Assembly (NCBI GenBank): GCA_943704415.1
Contig: CALSCO010001244.1
Coordinates: 1-40,714, forward strand
Origin: Parvularia atlantis
Lineage: Eukaryota
Direction of reading: 5' to 3'
DNA: 40,714 nt
Shown: one piece after another, positions 34,797 to 40,714 of the stretch
Layout of the letters: each line of letters starts with the position of its first letter
Position numbering within the stretch: the stretch's first letter is position 1
Notes under the pieces: generated by a model
Database searches by the model: none
Seen by the model: the letters and a program-made list of their open reading frames with translations, nothing else
Told to the model about the DNA's origin: nothing
Program-made: the position numbers and the translations under genes

Positions 34797-37588
34797 TCAC
34801 TTGAGGTCGCCGACCATGTTCACCACCGACACGACCGCGTGCAGCTTGTCCAGCTCGGCCACGAGCGCCGTTGTCAGCGCGACCTTGTTGGCCGGCGACG
34901 TCCGCGCGTAGTCGGTGCAGAGCGCGCACAGCTTTTGCAACTGCTGCATCGACCCGCCCGACACGGTCGGCAGGCCCGCCAGCCGCAGCTGAAAGTTGAT
35001 GTCGCCCACCCAGCGCTCGGGCGAGAGCGACGCCGCACGCAGGAAGACGAGCGCAAAGGCGTAGAGCAGCAGGTGGTGCGGCACGGGCATGCCCTCGGGC
35101 GGGAACTTGCGCGTGAGCTCGCGCACTCGCTCGATCGCCCGTGCTGCTTGGCCGCCGGTCACGGCCGCCGTCACCACCACCGCCGCCGCCGCCGCCGCCG
35201 CCGCCTCGTTGTCGGCCGCCAAGTCGGGCACGCGCACGCGGCTGACGTACGCCTCGACCTCGTAGCGGATCCAGCGCAGCATCGCATCGGCCCCGAAGCG
35301 CGGCTTGCTCACAGCCTGCTCCAGCCGCTTGAGCCGGATGAGCTCTTGGTTGATGCGCTCCAGCTGGGTCCGGTACGGCTTGAGCTCGGCGGCCAGCCGC
35401 TCGTTCTTCTGCTGCGGCGTCTCGGTTGGCAGCCGCTCGGTGGTGGCCACCAGGTCGTTGATCCTGTACGAGACGGCGTCGTACTCCTGCTGAACGATCT
35501 TGCGCTTTTCGTTGATGTAGGTGAGACGCGCCACGGTGTTTGTGGGTGGCAGCGAGAACTGGTCCTTGAGGAGCTTGCGAGCCTCAGCGCGGAACCGGCT
35601 AAAGGCGACGCCGCCGTTGGAGCTCCACAGCACGTCGCTCGTGAGCCACGACAGCATCATGCGCGCGCGGTACCGGATCGGCCACTTGTGCACGTCCGCG
35701 GGCGAGTAGCGGCTGCGGGGGCCGGCTGCGGGCTGAGCGCTGATGTCGCTCGCGTCGCTCGCGTCGCTGTGCGCAAGCTGCCACCAGAACGGCGGCGTCT
35801 CGGGCGGGTGCCTGTTGCCGTCCGGGTGCTCGCGCGTCGCTTGCTCTTTGTAGCCGTAGAACACGGGCATGGTCTGCTTGTTGAAGCTGTCCTCGTAGAC
35901 CGTCTCGAACTCGAACGCGCCCACCTTGGCCAGCTCCGAGTCCATGATGTCGTCGCGCTCGGTCAGGTTGTCCCTCAGCGCGTTCAGCAGCGGCTCAACG
36001 CTGATGTAATCGACGAGCAGGTGCGGCAGCGGGATGCTGCGGTCGATGCGCACAAGGCCCATAAGGTCGAGCTGCTTCACGTGCCACCACACCTGCGAAA
36101 ACAGCGCAGGCCGTCAGCACACGCTGCGACGTCGCATGCGCGCGCGCACCACGTCCAGCCAGAGCTGCGCATTCACGACCATCTTGCGCCAGCTGTCATA
36201 GTCGTAGTCGCGCACAGGGTCGCCCGCGCTGCCACCCGGCTTGTCGGTCTCGCCGCCGGCCGCCGTCTCGGCCGCCACGTTCGCTGCGGTCGCAGGGGCC
36301 GCGGCCGGCTGCTGCGCGGGCTGAACGACGGCGGGCGCTCCCTGGTTCGGCGTGACGATCGTCGCCAGAGGGCGTCCGGGGTTGGTCGCTGGCGTTGCCG
36401 CCTCGGCCGGCTCGGGCTGCACCGTGCGGTACTGGCCGAGGAGCGCGAACGAGAGCGGCGCGAGCGGCGTGGCGAGCTGCATGCCGAGCGGGTTGCCGAG
36501 CGCGATGATGTCGAGCGCCATGTCAAGCGGGCCCAGGCGCCGGCTGACGTCGACGAAGATGCCCTGTGCGCACGTCAGCGAGGCGCCGCGCGCGCGTGCA
36601 CTCGCCCCCCGGTGCGCACCTGCAGCGTTTCCGTCAGGCCTTGCGAGTACTTGCGCACGGTCTCGAGCGTCATGGCCGACTTGTCAAACTTGTCCTGGTG
36701 CCTCAGCAGGGTGTCGCGCGCGCGGCGCCAGACGTAGTCCTTCTCGCTCACGTGGGCGGCGGACGTGACCGTGCTGAGCGTTGCGACCTGCTGCAGCACG
36801 GCGTGGTCGATGGTCGGGCCCGGCTCAGGCGCGACCTTCCGCTTGGCGGCGCTCTTCCTCTCGTCCTCGTTGTCGCTCTCGTTGAGCAGGGCGACGGCGC
36901 AGAAGCCGGCCATGCGCTCGAGCAGCAGCATGTCGAGCTCGGCGGTCGGGGCGCGGCGCTTGAGCCGCGCGTATAGCTGAAAGATGAGCAGGTGGTCCTT
37001 TTGCAGCGGCCCGTACAGCTGTGCTTGCAGCCTGCCGACGTTGTCGACGAGCACGCGGAACGCGGCCGGCCCCCGCGCGAGCGCGTGCTCGACCATCGGC
37101 TCGAAGACGCCCGCGGAGACGAGGTGCAGCGCCGCGTGCACGGCCTCGAGGTAGTCGAGCTGGTCGGCGTTGTCGCACTCGGCGGCTGTCTTGTTGTCGC
37201 TCGGAACGTCTTTCAGCAGCATGCTGCGCTGGTCCGCGATCTGCCTGCGCGCCGCGACGAGGTCGACGTTGTCCGGCGCGTCTGCCGTGCTGAGCACGTC
37301 GTCGAGGCGCCGGATGCGCTGCTGCTGGCCGTCCGCGATCCACGCGCCGCGTAGCTCCGTCTCGAGCGTCTTGCGCAGCGCAAACGTCTCACGCAGCGCG
37401 TCGCGCGCGCGCCGGCGCATCATCTCGGCGCTCGCCTCGCTGTCGCCGCCACCGCCGTCAGCGCCCGCCCACGCACGCACGCGCACGGCGGGCATCGAGC
37501 ACGCACGTGAGCACGCTGTAGAACGCGAGGCGTCGGTGCGCCGCGTCGTCCGCGAGCACGTTGACGAGGTCCGCGAGCTGTGCCGGCA
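34797..37588 (-). CDS. Hypothetical mainly alpha-helical protein, about 850 aa, 4 exons
   Basis: Long exons (34797-36092, ~36149-36563, ~36620-37439, ~37506-37588) join in frame via GT-AG introns; strong GC3 codon bias; no motif recognised. Confidence 0.75.
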
Positions 37589-37639
37589 TCGTCTGTTGGT
37601 CTCGAAATTGGAGGTGTCACATACCTAGGCCTACCCGGC

Positions 37640-38915
37640 ATGTCATCGACGTCGACCGCGTCCGGCGGCTGGTTCTCGTGTGCGTCGCGCTGCCGCGCTG
37701 CGCCGCTGCTGGCCGCACCATCCGCGTGCGCCTGATCGGCCCGGATGCGTGCGCCCACGCAGATTTCGGGCGCCCGCGCGCGCTCGTCATCGGCGCGATC
37801 CTCGGCGCGCTCGGCGGGCTGCCGCTGATCGCGGCGCTGTACTTCACGATCAGCGCCTACAACCCGACCGTGCCCACGAGCAACATCATCGAGATCATCA
37901 TGACGTCCCTGGCCCTGCTCGCGTCGCTGTTCTACGTCGTTGTCGTCCTCCACGTCAACCCGGACCGCGACGTGATCAAGAAGCTGCGCGACACGGTCAC
38001 AAAGGAAAACTACGAGGTCGTCGGCCTCGTCCTCCTCCCGTTCTCGCTGTACATGGGAGTGGCAATCGCGGCGCAGGTGCGTGCGTGCGCGCATCGGCGC
38101 GACGGTGCGTGGCCCGACCGCGCGCGTGCCCCGCCAGGCCAGCGGCATGGTCCAGGCCGTCGAGGGTGTGCAGTACGACAAGGACCCGCAGCCGACGTAC
38201 ACGGCCACGGGCACGCCGCCGTACATCTACGAGCTCGACAGCGTCTCGCGCGGCCTGTTCCTCGCCTTGAGCATGATCTACATCATCAACGTCGTGCTCC
38301 AGTTCATCGCCATCTCCCTGCACGTCATCGGCTACCGCGGCTTCTCGCAGAAGCCGTGGGTGCTGGCGATGGCGGGCATCTGCCTGGGCTACCTCACGAG
38401 CTTCAACTTCATCGCATTCCTCGTCGACATTAACACGACCGTGCGCGCACGTGTTTCGCACGCGCGACCCCCTTCTGACGCGCGCGCGCGCGCGCGCGCG
38501 CGCAGTGGTCCTCGGGCAACACCACGTACGACAACACGCTCGTCACGGGCTACATCAGCTTCCGCTTCTTCACGTTCTGCGTCTTCGGCAACATGGTGCG
38601 CGCGAGTGCGCGGCGTGCCGCTGCTCAGCCCTTGTTCAGGCCTTCCTGCAGCCGATGTACCGCAAGAGCAACGAGTCCGGCTACGGCTTCAAGCAGAGCA
38701 AGGCCGACTCGGATGCCCTCGAGCCCAAGTTCACGGTGCGTGGCATCGGGGCTGCGAGCGGGACGCTGCGCTGAGCCGCTCGCAGGACCGGCCGATCTCC
38801 GCACACCTTACGGGCCCGGTTGTTGAGCCTTTCGGCGTGACCGGGTACGCGGTGCGTGGTGCTGATGCGGCCAGCAGCTGAACGCCGCGCGCGCTCGCAC
38901 AGGACCGGCCGATGA
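37640..38915 (+). CDS. Hypothetical multi-pass membrane protein (about 6 TM)
   Basis: MSSTSTASGGWFSYFGRPRALVIGAILGALGG; several hydrophobic segments; about 5 introns; 3' end ambiguous (stop at 38881 or 38915). Confidence 0.7.
38479..38502. repeat. (CG)12 dinucleotide tract, intronic
   Basis: Alternating CG run between the branch site CTGAC and the CAG acceptor. Confidence 0.85.
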
Positions 38916-39037
38916 CAGGCTTGCCACCCGCAGGGCCGCTAATCGCGACAGACCGAACGAACGCGCTCTTCACATATCGATTGCTTGCTTGTGTGCTGGC
39001 CGGGCACATGCGATCGTGCCGTGCACGCAGTCGCAGC

Positions 39038-39572
<535 letters not shown>

Positions 39573-39699
39573 CCGTCGAGATTTGCGTGATAGCGATACG
39601 GACGCAAAGCATGCCCGCGCGGCGCACGCGCGGCCGACACTGCGCGCACTGTGCGCTGTCCGCGGGCCGGCCTCGACGGACGCACGACGCAGCGCGCGC

Positions 39700-40407
39700 A
39701 TGCACGTCCTGGTGCTCTCGACCGCGCGCCGCGCCGTGACGTGGCTCGCACGCGCGGCCCACGGCGTCGCGCTGCTGGCGACGCTGATGTGCGCTGTCGC
39801 GGGTGCGTCGCATCGGCGCGTGCACGGGGCGCGCGCGGCCGACCTCGGGGGTGTGCACCGCGCCCAGCGCTGCTCAACCTGCAGGAGGTGAGCGACTCGA
39901 CCTTCTCGCTCGTCGTGCTCGAGTTTCCGCACCGGTGTGACGACGACGCCATCTGCATCGACGCCTTCCACAACTTTGTCTGGTCGGTCGCGATGTGCAG
40001 CGTGTGCAGCCTGTGCGGGACGCGCGCGTGCGGCGCCCTTCTGTACGCCTCGCTGACGCATCGACCGCACACGCGCGCGCAGCCTGCTCGCCGTCGTCGT
40101 GAGCGCGCGCCTCCTCGGCTGCCCGCACTGTGCCTTTGTCGCCGCATCGCCGCTGCGTCGCCTGTCATCGGCGTCGGCAAGCGCGATCGGAGACGGCCAC
40201 AAGGCCGCGGCAGCATCGCAGCAGCAGCCCGCCGACGCGAGCATCGACGTTGCGCACACGCCGGTCGACGTCACGTTATGTGCACTCCAGGGCATGCTCG
40301 TCTTCGGCCAGGTCGGCATCGTCGGCGCCATCTTCTCTCTCTTCGCCGTCGGCGCCGCGGCGCTGCTGGCGCTCGAGCTGGTCGTCCGCGGGCTCTTGTC
40401 ATGTTGA
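39700..40407 (+). CDS. Hypothetical small membrane protein (about 3 TM)
   Basis: Three exons joined in frame: MHVLVLSTARR, ALLNLQEVSDSTF, CIDAFHNFVWSVA, GIVGAIFSLFAVGAAALLALELVV; start codon uncertain. Confidence 0.55.
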
Positions 40408-40426
40408 CATTACTCAAACTGAAACG

Positions 40427-40663
40427 ATGCGTGTCGTGCGCGTCTCACGCGTCTCATCTGCCACGTTGCCGATGCTGCTGGCGCTACTGCTGCTGCTGGC
40501 GCTGCCGGCTGCGGCTGGCGCGACGGCCGGGCCGGGCGAGGTGGCGCATCTGGACGACGTGCACGACAACGACGGCACGCTCGCGGCGCAGCTCGCCGAG
40601 CCGCTCGACCCGGACGCGGGCGCCGCGTGGTTCACGTCGCTCAAGCGGCTGTACACGCCGCAG
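40427..40663 (+). CDS. 5' exon of a secreted/signal-peptide protein (partial)
   Basis: ATG 40427 (or 40472): MLLALLLLLALPAAAGA ... WFTSLKRLYTPQ followed by donor GTGCGT at 40664. Confidence 0.6.
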
Positions 40664-40714
40664 GTGCGTGCCCTTGCCCGCACGAGGCGGCACATCTCAC
40701 GCAACACCCCCCCC

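Noticed and set aside
34839..36737. 632-aa + strand ORF
   Set aside because: Mirror frame of the minus-strand gene, whose splice sites and codon usage define the coding strand.

Overview
Very GC-rich, gene-dense eukaryotic nuclear DNA. Genes are broken by roughly 150 very short spliceosomal introns (mostly 40-90 nt; donor GTGCGY, branch CTGAC/CTCAC, acceptor YAG), so the six-frame ORF track shows only fragments. Manual splicing gives about 18 protein-coding genes. The largest is a 16.8 kb minus-strand fungal-type fatty acid synthase I encoded as ONE polypeptide (AT-ER-DH-MPT-ACP-ACP-KR-KS-PPT), with tandem ACPs and about 63 introns. The others are: an RRM + two zinc-knuckle splicing-factor-like protein, two tandem RGLG/copine-type VWA paralogs, a DUF4359-like protein, TMX2-like, ADA2, a CECR2-like WHIM+bromodomain protein, a possible SKA3-like protein, CARM1, a CxxS thioredoxin-fold protein, TMEM62-like, a single-LIM protein, and several unknowns. 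The mix suggests an early-branching unicellular opisthokont (inference). Notable points: CDS-to-CDS spacers of only 19-60 nt, frequent CAG immediately upstream of start codons, several GC-AG introns, and a gene-conversion-like tract between the VWA paralogs. No RNA genes, transposons or CRISPR arrays were seen. Exon boundaries were derived by eye and family calls come from recalled motifs, not from searches.
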